Below the pieces are notes generated by a model that had not been told where the DNA came from, did not search any database, and saw only the letters and a program-made list of their open reading frames with translations. Shown in pieces: positions 25,916-39,430 of a DNA stretch of 64,000 nucleotides. Each line of letters begins with the position of its first letter. Position 1 is the first letter of the stretch. Made by a program: the position numbers and the translations under genes. Source of the DNA: Mobula hypostoma. Lineage: Eukaryota. The DNA is taken from the NCBI RefSeq assembly GCF_963921235.1, contig NC_086097.1:226178001-226242000 (forward strand), given 5' to 3'.

Positions 25916-28054
25916 GAGTGTGCACATTCATACATGCATAAATACATACTTGATTAAATGGAAATATTAACCAAGAAATATCTAAGTAATAATCAAATAG
26001 CCATTCTCTTTAAAAATAAAATTAAAATCACAATTTTCCCCAAAACATTTTTGACTACAGCAGCTCACTTTGACACCCCGGACAGTATGTTCAGAACTCA
26101 TTTGTTTGAGTGCTTTTAATCTGAGGACACTGAAAAGTTACACCCGCTGTGATGTCGTCAATCACGCCAGGAGGAAAAATAGTGGCATGATTTGTTATCT
26201 GTTATTTCCCTTGCTGTGGTGACTGTCTCCCAGTGCCAGGCCTGTCCTTAAGGCCATCACTTATAGGGACCACTGTCTGTCAAAACCACAGCCAACTTTA
26301 AGGCTGCCTTTGTTGCTGCAGACAAATGAGTGTGACCTTTAACAATAAAATAGGCACCTACTGAGTGAGATGAAACAGCAGCTGAAATTAAGAACACCAT
26401 ATAGGCATTTCAAACACCCAGGAAAAGTTAGATCTTGAACTATAACTTAATTATAGGAGTAAATGTGGGTAGATATTACCAATAATAAAATATACATGGT
26501 CATAGACATTGATTAACAGCTAAGAATAAAACTTAATTCAACCAGGAATAAATCTGCAATTTATTAATTATGAATGATATTGATAGAAAATATAACAAAA
26601 AGATTAAGTTATTTCAGTTGAAGGCCCATCCGCTTTATTCCACCGCAAGAATTATAAATCCATTTATGAATATTCTTGAAGGCCAAAGAGAAAGATAAGA
26701 ATGCTTGTAACCTTTGATTTGCCCTAATAGCTACTTCAGGAGATGTCCAGAAAGTGCATCTGTCTGAGCAGTCATTGGATGTGGGATTGTCATCAATATT
26801 TTGTAATGTTTCAGAGCACAGCCTGAGCTCTCAAAGAGCAGCAAGTGCTCAAGACCGCACGGCACAGTTTGTGGTTTTGAAAGTCTCTTGTAACCAAATC
26901 TGCCAAGTGATCAACAGAGAGATAAAATGTGCAGAGCAACAAAAATCAATTGTGTCGAGTACTTTCCAGGTAATATGATATTCTTCATCTGATATTAAAG
27001 AAATTACCATGAAATATTGTCAGATTGTTGAAGCAACATTGTGAATACCGACATTTTTTTGTTGGCACTTCATTGTTGAAAGATTATTGTTCATTAATTT
27101 ATTAAAATCATTAAAATTCCATATTTCTGCCTGGTGTTAGAATGATTAGATGAAACTACAATGCAGCATTGTTAATTTCCATCATTTAATTCTGTTCCCA
27201 ACTTGCTGAAGTTTCAATGCGATATCAGAACTATCCCTGACCTTTTCCACATGCTGAAGTGTCTGTTCAAAGCTATGAGACAATTAAGTTCGAAACATTG
27301 TATAGAAGCCATCAGATACTTCCTTCTGCAAAATTTTAGCTCACGGACAGTACTGATTCAACTGTGTCAGTTGAATGTACAGGGGAACTCAAGCTATGTC
27401 ATATTTCTGTACAATGTTATGTTAAAAGGCTGTTTCAAGGGATATTGATCCCTTTGATCGGATTTTCTTTGCTTATTGCAAATCGGTTGCCGTTTTATAA
27501 TTTTACCTAGATAATTAAATAATTGCTTTTAATTGAAAACAAATCATGACATTAATCCTACTGCTTCTGCTCATTCCCCATTGACTTGAAAAGCTCCAAA
27601 TTTCTGATATTTGATATTGCTATAACATCAAAACTTCTAAAGCTACAGGGCCAGAAATCTAAATTGGACCTATCTACATATTTAATGCAGCACACAACCT
27701 TATGTTCATCTGATTTTACTTAAAGGCATTTGAAGTTGCAGCTGGAACAAGGAGTTGAAGCATCTCCAGAGCACAATTATTATACTGTATCCCTTTTCTC
27801 ATTTTACATCAGGAATAAGGGAAACACTAGTTAACAGTTGTTTTGTTAAGATGGAAGTATTTGTTTAAGGGAGATCAGAATCAGAATCAGGTTTAATATC
27901 ACTGATACATGTCGTGAAATCTGTTGTTTTGGGGCAGTGGAAGAGTGCAAACATAAAAATACTATAGACTACAATAAGCAGTGCAAAACAAGAGCAAAAA
28001 TAATGAGGTAGTGTTCATCGCAGCAGGCCAGGCAGCATCTATAGGAAGAGGTAC

Positions 28055-28090
28055 AGTCGACGTTTCAGGCCGAGACCCTTCGTCAGGACT
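28055..28090 (-). ncRNA. Minimal type I hammerhead ribozyme motif (intact)
   Basis: AGUC-CUGACGA-AGG-GUCUCGG-CCU-GAAA-CG-UC/GACU: stem I AGUC:GACU, full core, palindromic ACGU helix III. Confidence 0.8.
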
Positions 28091-30184
28091 AACTGAAACA
28101 AGAGCTAGTAAGCGATTTGAAAGTGGGAGGGGGAGGGGGAGATCTGAAATGATAGGAGAAGACAGGAGGGGGAGGGATGAAGCTAAGAGCTGGAAAGTTG
28201 ATTGGCAAAAGGGGATACAGAGCTGGAGAAGTGGGAGGATCATGGGACGGGAGGCCTAGGGAGAAAGAAAGGGGGAGGGGAGCCCAGAGGAAGATGGAGA
28301 GCAGGCAAGGAGTGACTGTGAGCGAGACAGAGAGAGAAAAAAGAGAGAGGGAAAACAAGAGAGGGATAATAAATAAATAAATGGATAGATAGATAAATAA
28401 GGGATAGGGTAGAAGGGGAGGAGGTGCATTAACGAAGTTAGAGAAATCGATGTTCATGCCATCAGGTTGGAGGCTACCCAGACGGAATATAAGGTGTTGT
28501 TCCTCCAACCTGAGTATGGCTTCATCTTGACAGTAGAGGAGGCCATGGATTGACATATCAGAATGGGAATGGGACGTGGAATTGAAATGTGTGGCCACTG
28601 GGAGTTCCTGCTTTCTCTGGCGGACAGAGCATAGGTGTTCAGTGAAACAGTTGCCCAGTCTGCGTTGGGTATCACCAATATATAGAAGGCCGCACTGGGA
28701 GAACCAGACATAGTATATCATGCCAGCCAACTCACAGGTGAAGTGTCGCCTCACTTGGAAGGACTGTCTGGGGCCTTGAATGGTGGTGAGGGAGGAAGTG
28801 TAAGGGCATGTGTAGCACTTTGTCCGCTTACAAGGATGAGTGCCTGGAGGGAGATCGGTGGGAAGGGATGTGGGGGACGAATGGACAAGGGAGTCACGTA
28901 GTGAGAAATCCCTGCAGAAAGCAGAAAGAGGGGGAGGGAAAGATGTGCTTGGTGGAGGGATCTACTGATGTCTATTATAAGCCTATGGACTCTCACAGCT
29001 ACCTGGACTATTCCACTTCCCAACTTGTCTCTTGCAAAAATGCCATCCCCTTCTCATAATTCCTCCATCATCTGCATCTGCTCTCAGGATGAGGCTTTTC
29101 GAAGGAGATGTCTTCCTTTTTTAAATAAAGGGGCTTCCCTTCATCCACCATCAATTCTGCTCTCAAACACATCTCTCCCATTTCATGCACATCTGCTCTC
29201 ACTCCATCCTCCCGCCACCCCACTAGGGATAGGGTTCCCCTTGTCCTCACCTACCACCCCACCAGCCTGCAGATCCAACATATTATTCTCCATAACTTCC
29301 GCCACCTCCAATAGGATCCCACCACCAAGCACATCTTTCCCTCCCCCCCTCTTTTTGCTTTCCGCAGGGAGCGCTCCCTACACGACTCCCTTGTCCATTC
29401 ATTCCCCCCCATCCCTTCCCACTGATCTCCCTCCCGGCACTTATCGTTGTAAGTGGAACAAGTGCTACACATGCCCTTACACTTCCTCCCTTACCACCAT
29501 CCAGGGCCCCAGACAGTCCTTCCAGGTGAGGCGACACTTCACCTGTGAGTCAGCTGGTGTGATATACTCTGTCCAGTGTTCCTGGTGTGGCCTTCTATAT
29601 ATTGGCGAGACCTGACGCAGACTGGGAGACCATTTCGCTGAACACCTATCCTCTGTCCACTAGAGAAAGCAGGATCTCCCAGTGGCCACACATTTTAATT
29701 CCACGTCCCATTCCCATTCTGATATGTCTATCCATGGCCTCCTCTACTGTCAAGATGAAGCCACACTCAGGTTGGAGGAACAGCACCTTATATTCCGTCT
29801 GGGTAGCCTCCAACCTGATGGCATGAACACTGACTTCTCTAACTTCCGTTAATGCCCCTCCTCCCCTTCTTACACTATCCCTTATTTATTTGTTTATTAT
29901 TTTCCCCCTTCCCCCCTTTTTTTCCCTCTCTCTTTTTTCTCTCTCTGTCCCTTTCACAATCATTCCTTGCCTGCTCTCCATCTTCCTCTGGGCTCCCCTC
30001 CCCTTTTCTTTCTCCCTAGGCCTCCCGTCCCATGATCCTCCCCTTTCTCCAGCTCTGTATCCCCTTTTGCCAATCAACTTTCCTGCTCTTAGTTCCATCC
30101 CTCCCCTTCCTGTCTTCTCCTATCATTTTGGATCTTCCCCTTCCCCTCCCACTTTCAAATCTCTTACTATTTCTCCTTTCAATT

Positions 30185-30220
30185 AGTCCTGACGAAGAGT
30201 CTCGGCCTGAAACATCGACT
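30185..30220 (+). ncRNA. Minimal hammerhead motif (core intact, helices II and III mutated)
   Basis: agtc ctgacga agagtctcggcct gaaa catc gact. Confidence 0.65.
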
Positions 30221-30466
30221 GTACTTTTTCCTATAGATGCTGCCTGGCCTGCTGTGTTCCACCAGCATTTTGTGTGTGTTGCTTGAACTTCCAGCATCTG
30301 CAGTTTTTCTCAGGTAGAGTTCATCAATTGCTTCATTCTCCAGCAGTAACTTGATGGAGAAGAAGCTGTTCCTAAAATGCTGAGCGTACGTTCTCTGGTC
30401 CCTGTACCTCCTCTCTCATGACACTCCACTTATCAGCAATATATCCATACACCTTCTATATTCTTA

Positions 30467-30671
30467 AACAGAAGAAATTCTGCAAATGCTAGAAGTCCAA
30501 AGCAACAAATGCAAAATGCAGGAGGAACTCAGCAGGTCAGGCAGCATCTGTGGAGATGAATAGACTGAAGGTGGGGGGTGTGGTGGGTCTCTGCCAAATA
30601 TGTCTACTTCTATTCCTTTCCATAGAAGCTGCCTGACCTGCTGAGTTCCTCCAGCATTTTGTGTGTGTTGA
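30467..30671. mobile_element. Fold-back PLE terminal element
   Basis: Inverted arms; 13-bp TSD ttctatattctta at 30454-30466 and 30672-30684. Confidence 0.85.
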
Positions 30672-32479
30672 TTCTATATTCTTAGACTGGTAGGAATATT
30701 TGGAAAGGGAATATTTTCACCTGGAGGGTGTCCCTCTTTAAAAGCTCGCATTGTATTTGTTTTTGAGGATGGATCATTATAGCCAAATGTTAAGCCAAGC
30801 TGTTGTTCTGTCACTCCACAATGGAACTTTCTTTTCGGCATAGCCATTCGATATACTTGCCAAAAATATATGCAAAAATCTTCGTAGGTTTTTATGCGGA
30901 GAAGATTCCTGAAGCCAGAAGTCACAGAAAAATCGACCTTTAATAAACATGGGCCTGATATTTAGAATTTAAGAACTGAATGGATGTCAGGCTACATCTG
31001 GAATCGAGTAATTTAGCAGCACGTGGACTCTGAACTGGCAGCCTACTTGTTACAGGTTTTATTTCTTCTGGCACAGAGTAGGATGCCAACCCGGTGATTT
31101 TACACTTCTGCTTGGATCTACCAAAACCACACATTTGTTAGAATGTAACTCTTCACTGACTTTCATCCGCACAGACTCTATCTGGAGATGTTAATGGATC
31201 AGTAAATCACAGAGGCACAGAAAGAGACAGGACTATAATTTTTTTTCCACACAAACAATCAACGGTTTGACAATGTCATTCATGGCAACTTAAGATGAAT
31301 CTGTTAAACAACTTTTAAAATTAATATTTGGTATTAAGTGTGCAGACTGGTAAAACAGGTTATTTGTATCTGCAAAACATTCTGTCCATTTTTTAAAGAT
31401 ATTTGCTTCTTCCTTGGAAAGATACTTAACTGCATATTATGATGCTAACTGGTGCAATAGCCATCATTTTGGAAGTAATGGAAAAGATCCTTTGATGGCA
31501 AAGTCATTGCCTCTCTGTGCCTTCTTTGCCTATCTAGATAAGGAGAGATTAATTTATAAAACATCAAGAGCATACATGCTGGAAAGTGGCTGATCGGATT
31601 TTATTCAAATGGAAGTTTGTTGATGGTAAAGACAATCACAGCTCTCCTGTCGCCAACAATATTAATTAGGTATCAGCGCAGGCAACTGAAGTAAATTGCA
31701 GAGGCTGAGTGCAGCCACTTTTGGTACTAAGTCCTACTCCTCTGACTGCATAAAGTGCTGGTACAGTATCTCTCATATACTGGCACAGTGAATGTCTTTA
31801 CAATTGCCACTTAAAGAGAGATTATTTTTGCCTGTCCACAATATTATGACACAAGTGTTCCTTTGCTGGAGGACATGTACTTTATTGAAGCATCATCCCT
31901 TCATTGAAATGCATTTTATGAAGCTGCAGATTCAGAGGAGAAAACTCGGTGCAGCATGTTCCAGAGATTCCATTTTATTTACATTCGAAGATCAGCCTAC
32001 TTGGCTTGATTCCAATGTCAACATCCCATTCTGCAGTCGTAGAATTATCCATTCAAGATTTCTGGCAGCAAGGAGGCTTATCCTATTTGCCTGTGGGACT
32101 AAAGTACCACCTTCAACTTCTCAATGGTCCCAACCTGCATTTGTATTGCAACTTTTATTTGTCACATTGTATTCTTTTAAATGTGAATTCAAGCAAAAGA
32201 GCCATGTCCCAGAATGACACCGAAGCTTTAAAGTGTAAAGCCCTTTTCAGCACAGCTTTCTACTATCAATTTGAACTTATAAAGAGTTCAATGTGATCCC
32301 TGGTTTAACTGAAAAATAACTTTGGAATCAAATCAAGTAGAAAATAAAGAGATTCAGTGGTGAGACTGAGAATGAGTCTGTGTTGCTAATGAGTACAAGA
32401 GAAGTATATTTTCTTTAATATTATCTGATTATCTATTGAAGGTAAATTTGAAGGCAGTGATTATCTATTGAAGGCAAAT

Positions 32480-32846
32480 ATAGTGAAAGAGGATGAGAGG
32501 CGACTTGATAGGGGTATACAAGATGATAAAAAGCATGGATAGAGTGGTGGCCAGCAATATTTTTCCAGTGCGGAACTGGCAAATGCAAGGGGGCATAATT
32601 TTTAGGTGATTGGAGGAATGTATAGGGGAGATGTCAGAGGTATGTTCTTTACACAGGGAGTGGTAGATGTGTGGAATGCCTTGCCAGGGGTAGTGGTAAA
32701 GACAGATAAATTAGGGGCATTTAAGAATTTTTAGATAGGCACATGAAAACTGGAGTGTTGTCTAGGAGGGAAGAGTTAGATTGATCTTAAAGTAGGTTAA
32801 AAGTCAGTACAACATTGTGGGCTATGTTGTAATGTTCTATGTTCTA
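32480..32846 (+). mobile_element. CR1 3' fragment
   Basis: aggatgagaggcgacttgata...gggcataattttta...acacagggagtggta; (TTCTATG) tail. Confidence 0.85.
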
Positions 32847-34444
32847 CAGTGCCTTGTAAAAGTATACACCCCCCAACCCTTTGTTCACATAAATGAATAT
32901 TACAACCAGGAATTTTGATCAATTTAACTGAGAATTTTTATTTGTGAATCTCACACTCCTTTCTTTCACAGTAGAGTCCCAAAACAGGGAAAATTGTAAA
33001 GCATGAAAAAAATAGAAATTTAAAAACTCAGATATCAGCTGGTCAAAAGTATTCATTCCCTTTTGCTCAGTACTTAGTTGAAATACCTCTCACAGCTATT
33101 ACAGCCAGTAGTCTTTTTCGGATAAGTCTATTAGCTTTACACAACATAATGAAGCCAGACTTGTCTATTTTCCTTGCAAAATTGCTCGAACTGTGCCAGG
33201 TTAGTTGAAGAGTGGTGGTGGACAGCAATCATGTGGTCTTGTCAAAGGTGTTCGATCAGGTTAAGGTCAGGGCTATGACTGGAGCACTCAAGGACATCAA
33301 TTTTCTGCATTTGAAGCCACCAGTGCTCCGGCAGTGTGCTTTGGGTCATTGTCCTTCTGAAAGATGAACTTCCTCCCAGTAGGAGCTCTCTGGCACAGGC
33401 TAGCAGATTTTTATTCAGATCCCTCTGTATTCAGCAGAATTCATCTTCCCATCAACCCTGACCAGATTTTCAATCACCCCTGCTGTAAAGCATTCCCATA
33501 GCATGATGCTACCTCCACCATATTTTACAGTAGGGATGGTGTTACCTGGCTGATGTGCAGTATTAGATTTATGCCTCACATACCATTAGTGTTGAGGACA
33601 GATATTTCCACTTTAGTCTCATCTGATCACAAAACCTTCTTCCACGTCTTTACAGTATCTTCTAAGTGATGCTTTGCAAAATTTTTACAGGCAAAGATTT
33701 GCTATTGTTTATAGCCAAGGCTTCTTCCCTGCCTCTCTTTCATAAATATCCTTTTTGTGCAAAGATTATGGAGCCGTGAACTTCATAGCCAGTTGCAGCC
33801 ATTGACTTCTGCAGCTCACTTAGAGTGACTGTTGGCGTCACAGTAGCCTCTCTTACAGGTGCCATTCTTCTCCGGCAACTAAGTTTAGAAGGATGGCCTG
33901 ACCTAGGCAGTCTAGCTGTGGTTTCATGTTTTTTCCACTTTTTTACGATGGACTGCTCTGAACTCCAAGGTATGTTCAGTGCTTTTAAGATGGTCTTGTT
34001 CCCTTCCCCAGATATGTGTTTCTCTATTTTCATTTCCCTGACTTGTCTTGAACGCTCTTCTGTCTTCATTTTGGATTGGTCTGTTGAAAATCTACCATAC
34101 TGTTCAACCTTACAGAGAGAGGGGATATTTATTCTTATGAATTCATTGAAAACAGGCAATCCTCCGATTTTTACATCAACAAATTAGTAAGGTAATATGT
34201 TGCTCCTGAGGAAAGTTAGCGTTATGATTACAAAGGGGATGATTACATTTTCAGCGTCATAATTTTGATTTTTAATTTTTAGTAAATTGTTGACAGGTTT
34301 TGTAATATTCTTTTGATTTGACATAATGCACATTGTTTTGTAGATTAGCTTAAAAATCTTACTTCAATATATGTTAATTTTAGATATTAAGGACAGGAAA
34401 ATGTGAAAATAGTTGTGGGGTCTGAATACTTTTTCAAGGCACTG
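32847..34444 (-). mobile_element. Tc1 DNA transposon, full length (~1.6 kb), transposase pseudogene
   Basis: TIRs cagtgccttgtaaaagtat / atactttttcaaggcactg; TA at 32845-46 (right flank reads GA); HTH region KALNIPWSS...LPRSGHPSKLS; decayed (W)SDET, DND and SPDLNLIE catalytic motifs. Confidence 0.92.
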
Positions 34445-34721
34445 GATATTCTATAACTCCACAGGGATGAGGTTACTCAGCGGCCTACATCTTAAAAGAT
34501 TTCTAGTACAAATGCTATAAGAAACCTTATAGAATGCAGACTTAAGCTATCTCCGCTATCTTAAGTTTCGCCATCTTCCTCCCTGTGCCAAAGTCCAAAT
34601 CAAGGCAGAGTTTATTGTGATCTGCACAGATAAATGCAAGCACAATAAACATACATTCAGCACTTCACATCATAGAAACAGAATTCACAATGTAAGTATA
34701 ACTTAAACATATATAATACAC

Positions 34722-35812
34722 AAACACAAGAGATTCTGCAAATTCTGAAAACAGAATAACACACACAAAATGCTGGAGGAAGTCAGCAGATCAGGCAGTA
34801 TCCATGGAGAGGAATAACCAGTCAACATTTTGGGCCAAGGTCCTTCATCAGGACTGGAAAGGAAGGGGCAAAAATCCAGAATAAGAAGGTGGGGGGAGGG
34901 GATTGAGTACAAGTTGGCAGGTGATAGGTGAAGCCAGGTGAGTGGGAAGGTGTATGGGTGGGTGAGTGGAGAGAGGAGGGGATAAAGTGAGAAGACAGGA
35001 GGTGATAGGTGGAAAAAACAAAGGGCTGAAGAAGAAGGAATCTGATAGGAGAGGAAATTAGACCATGGGAGAAAGGGAGGAAGGAGGGGCACTAGAGAGA
35101 GGAGATAGGAATGAAGATGTAAGAGGGGAGCCAGAATAGCGAATGGAAAAAGAGAGAAGGGGAGGGTGAGAGATGACCAGAAGTTAGAGAACTCAATGCT
35201 CAAACCTTCAGGTTGCAGGCTACTCAGTCAGATTATGAGCTGTTACTCCTCGAACTTGAGAATGGCCTCATCATGACAATAGAGCAGGCACTGGACCAAC
35301 AAGTCAGAATGGGAATGGGAAGTAGAATTAAAATGGATGGTCACTTGGAAATATTGCCTGGTGCAGATGGAGCAGTTCCAAACCTATATCGGGATTCACG
35401 GAATGGTGGTGAGGAAGGAAGTGGAGGGGCAAGTGTAGCACTTGACTCAGTTGTAGGAATAAATGCCAGGAGGGAGATTACTGGGGAGCGATGTTTGGAA
35501 AAGAGAGTCATAGAGAGTGCGATCCCTGCAGAAAGTGGAGAGTAGGGGAGAGGGAAAGTTGTGTTTCGCAGTAGGATCCCATTGAAGATAGCAGAGTTTT
35601 GGAAAATGATGTTCTGGATGCAGAGGCTCATGGTGTGGTAGGTAAGGACAAGAGGAACTCCCTTATTGTTATGGTGGTGGGAAGATGGGGTAAGCATGGA
35701 TATCCAGGAAATGGAGGAGATGCGTATGAGGGTAGTATCAATGGTATAAGAAGAGAAACTCTGTTCTTTGAAGAAGGAAGATATCTAAGATGTTCTGGAA
35801 TGAAAAATCTCA
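34722..35812 (-). mobile_element. Older Penelope-like element, 5'-truncated
   Basis: VPLVLTYH motif, MSIEFSNF C-terminus, terminal module with decayed hammerhead at 34820-34855. Confidence 0.85.
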
Positions 35813-36504
35813 TCAATGTCTCATCAATTGTGTACAAATTATAGGCATCTATAAATTTTTAAATGAATGATTATCCACATTGTTAAGTTTGAGAATCATT
35901 TTTTTTATTCTCTTCCTCCATTTTTGTGTTGATAAATGATACAATAGCCAACTTTCACCATTTCACCAAAATTTATGATGGAGTATAATATTATTCCATC
36001 TGAATGATGCCTTAAACATGTACATCCACACAGACACAATGTCCAAACTGTTTAAAACCTAGAGCCGCATCCACCAAGCTTACTTTTCGTGTTGTGCTTC
36101 AACTTCCCATGAGGAGGTGATGCGGAATACTACCTGGTTATTCACATATTTCACATGCTTTTTTTCGTCAGAAAATGTCAAATATTCTTCTCATTGAGAT
36201 TGAAAACATTACAGAGAAGGGAACAAAGAATCTTTCCAGCTAGTATTTCCTGTTACATTTCTCTGAAGGATCCAGAACTGGGCTAAATGTGTGCTACTTA
36301 AGCTTCAACAATTCGAGACTATGCAATTAAGATTCTTGATAACTAGCTAATTGTCAATTAATTATTAACAGGTGGACAAAAGTTTTATTTATTTCCTATT
36401 AAAGTATAACAGACAACTGAAGTGTTTCTTCTGTACAATGGAGCAGTGCAGCAGCTTGTCTTGGTTTCAATGGAAAAGAAAAATAACTGTATATTACCAG
36501 AATC

Positions 36505-36862
36505 ATGAAGGTGTGCATATCAAGGAAGATGGACAGACTGAGTCATCTCTCCCCTGAGAAAAGAAGGCTGAGAGGTGACCTGGCAGAGGTCTTTAAAATT
36601 ATGAACAATTTTGATGGAGTGGCTACAGAGAGAATGTTTCCTCTTCTTGGCAAGAACATAACCAGAGGCTATCAATATAAGATAGTGACCAAAAAAAAAA
36701 ATTTCAGTAGGGAATTCAGAAAAAAAAACATAGAAAAATGAGAATGTGCTATCTGCCACTGCAGAGAGCAGTTGAGGTGAACAGTGTAGAAGCATTTAAG
36801 AGGAGAGTGGACAAGCAGGTGAAAGGGAATAGAGAGTTACCCTGACAGATTTAGATGAGGAA
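36505..36862 (+). mobile_element. CR1 3' fragment
   Basis: EKRRLRGDLAEVFKIM...TRGYQYKI. Confidence 0.8.
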
Positions 36863-37077
36863 AGATGAGTATCACCATAATACAATTCAGTACAAAACAG
36901 GCACATTTAAAGTCAGTTAGAGTGCACGGTACATTGTGTGTGTGGAACACTGTATAAATTATGGAAATAAATGCATATTGATGTTATGTGCTGCTGTATC
37001 AAGTTAGGCAAGTAATACAGGAATATCTTCGCATAGATATAGGCATCTATTGAGCTTGTTTGTCAATGTGTATTCAT
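36863..37077 (+). repeat. Unclassified ~220-bp dispersed repeat, copy 2
   Basis: Collinear with 25692-25915. Confidence 0.8.
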
Positions 37078-38454
37078 ATTGGTCTTGAGCAAATACTGAA
37101 TTATCTGTTCCTGCACTGCACATCCTGGGATGGCATACAAAATTCAACCCATAAGTCAAGACCACATGGAAGTCCTGCGTAAGCAGCAAAAGAACACATG
37201 ACCTCAAAAACCAAATATGCCACTCATCCTACCGAGTCACCTCCTGCCTTTTTGGTGAATGGGTCTATAGATGACACACTGGTCTCATCAGCTGCTTCAG
37301 AAATGCAGGATATGATTGGAAGCAGGTCATCCTTGAACCCGAGGCTCTGCCTAAGAAGAGGATTTTCAGATTGGATGCTAGCTTTGAAAGGAAAAATTAA
37401 TGACTAAAAGTAGTTAAAAGACAGGAAAGAAAATGTATAAATGGAAACTTGTTTTCCCCTTGCTCTATTGTGCAGCTGACATTCATAAATGCATACTAAC
37501 ACAGATGAGAAGCAGCTGTTAATGACTTACTGCTATAATTCTGTCAAATTAAGAAAATCCCATTTGCCAACAGTTCAGAAACTTGTGATTGAGTGAATTC
37601 TGTACAAGTAGTTTCAGTTATATAAATGAGATTGCCCTTGCCCCTTCACTGATGATTGTTGTGAGGTTACAGTTGGAAAACATGTTCTGGAGGATGTTCC
37701 CATTATAAGGTTTCCCTTGTATTTCTCCGGCAATGTTTGTATTAAGCCTGTCTGGACTGCCTCTATACAAAAGATAAAAGGCTGCTGTGTTGTATGAAGG
37801 CCAGTTTGTAATCAGGAACACAGATTATAGCTTTGTGATACTGTTCATTTTCTTTGATAGTCTTTTTTTATTGTGGAAAATGTAGAGCCCAACTTTAACA
37901 CCAGCAAAATTTGCATATGGATTCTTGCCAACAAGACCCTCTGAAAATCCTAATATAGTCAGTGTCTGATGAAAGCTTCAAACAAGTGGCATTGAAGTCC
38001 AGATGAGAACAAAATAGGATACTGAACTACAAGATAATAACCACAGTCTTTTGTTGGAAAGCTATATAGTTACATAGTGGATCTTGGAAGCACATTCCTG
38101 CTTCACTTTGTCTGAGAGAGAAAATTATGCATTCTTGACTGCCCGTTTTAAATGGCAAATTCAGCACTGGAATCAAAAGTCTCATCAGGTTATGTCATCT
38201 TACAAGAATTTTCAGCAGAGGTGAGAGTAACTTAACCTTCCTACTGATCCAGTCACATTGCCGACATTGTCACTTTGACCTACTTTTACTGACTGCATTG
38301 GTCACTTCTCACCAGCCCACTGTAATGACCTGTATTGCCTTACATACTTTCTCCTCCCCTTTACAACAGACTCGGCACCACTGTAAAAATCTAACATGGA
38401 AATGGTTACTGACACAAATGCTCTGGGAAAAATGGGAGTGTACCTAGAAGCCTT

Positions 38455-38843
38455 TGAGTGACATTGAACATCAATTTCTCCTTCCGGTGAACAAATCCCA
38501 CCCATCCCCACTCCCTTCCTCTATTCCCTACTCTGACCTTTCACTTCTTCTCACCTGCCTATTACTTCTCCTGGGTCTCCTCCTCCTTCCCTTTTTCCTA
38601 TTGTCAATTCTCCTGTCGTATCAGATTCTTTCTTCTCCAGCCCATGACCTTTCTTCAATGGACCCAGCTGGCCTCACCTATCACCTTCCAGCCAGCCTAT
38701 TTCCCCTAATTTTTTACTTCAGCATCTTTCCCCTACTTTCTCAGTCCTGAAGAAAGGTCTTGACCTGAGACTTCAACGGTTTACTCTTTTTCATAGATGC
38801 TGCCTGACCTGCTGAGTTCCTTCAACATTTTGTGTGTGTTGCA
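38455..38843 (+). mobile_element. PLE 3' fragment with decayed hammerhead
   Basis: Pyrimidine-rich UTR, agtcctgaagaaaggtcttgacctgagac at 38743, conserved tail. Confidence 0.8.
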
Positions 38844-39430
38844 TTGTAAAATCCATCCAGTTTGTTGGCACATGATAGTTTGGTTAAAAAAAGAGACCTT
38901 AAAAGTGATTGTCATACAACAATCATATTATTCAACAGGAATAATATTTTCACTTTGATTTTTCCAGTTAAATATAAGCCAAGCGAATTAACAGTCTTGG
39001 AAGGAGGAAAGCCTAGGCTAGGGAAGGCTTCCAGGGCCATCGTTCTTCCTAGAAATGAATTGCCATTCCTGCTGGCTCATTAGGAAACCACTTTTAAATA
39101 AATCTCCACTTTCATTTGTGACTCTTTACTGCCATATGCAGTTACGAATGTCATAGGGTGATCTAGCCAAAAGAAAGAATTTGCAAAGGGGAAGAAAGAT
39201 TCAGGGACCCAAGTACAAAAAAATCAATAAAAGGCACAAAAGAAATAAAAGACTAATGATGTTTTTTTTTATGTCAACTTGGATGAAATAGAAGATGGTG
39301 GAAGTTATTAAAAGGTAGTTGGAAGAATCCAGAGCACTGCATTAGTTCAGGGTAGGGCACACTAAGAAGATGCATAGGCCTTAGTGGCAGTATGGTGAAG
39401 CTTCTTTCGGATGATGCCAGGGCTAAAAAG

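Larger units (their letters stand above)
28020..30311. mobile_element. Penelope-like element, two 5'-truncated copies head to head (28020-28960 minus; 28961-30311 plus)
   Basis: GIY-YIG endonuclease (VIY...LYIGET...EH...HF...RLGSLQPDGMN) in both arms; RT C-terminal TDVYYKPMDSHSYLDY; hammerhead near each outer end; TSD aggtagtgttcatc (28006-28019) / aggtagagttcatc (30312-30325). Confidence 0.93.
27874..30420 (-). mobile_element. Old Rex1 3' fragment (27874-28019 and 30312-30420) split by the PLE insertion
   Basis: atcagaatcagaatcagg tail; continues as agaagaagctgttcct...ctgtacctcct after the PLE. Confidence 0.8.

Noticed and set aside
36975..36997. miR-15/16-like seed (cagcagcaca) on the minus strand of the 220-bp duplicate
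   Set aside because: No complementary arm to form a precursor hairpin in either copy
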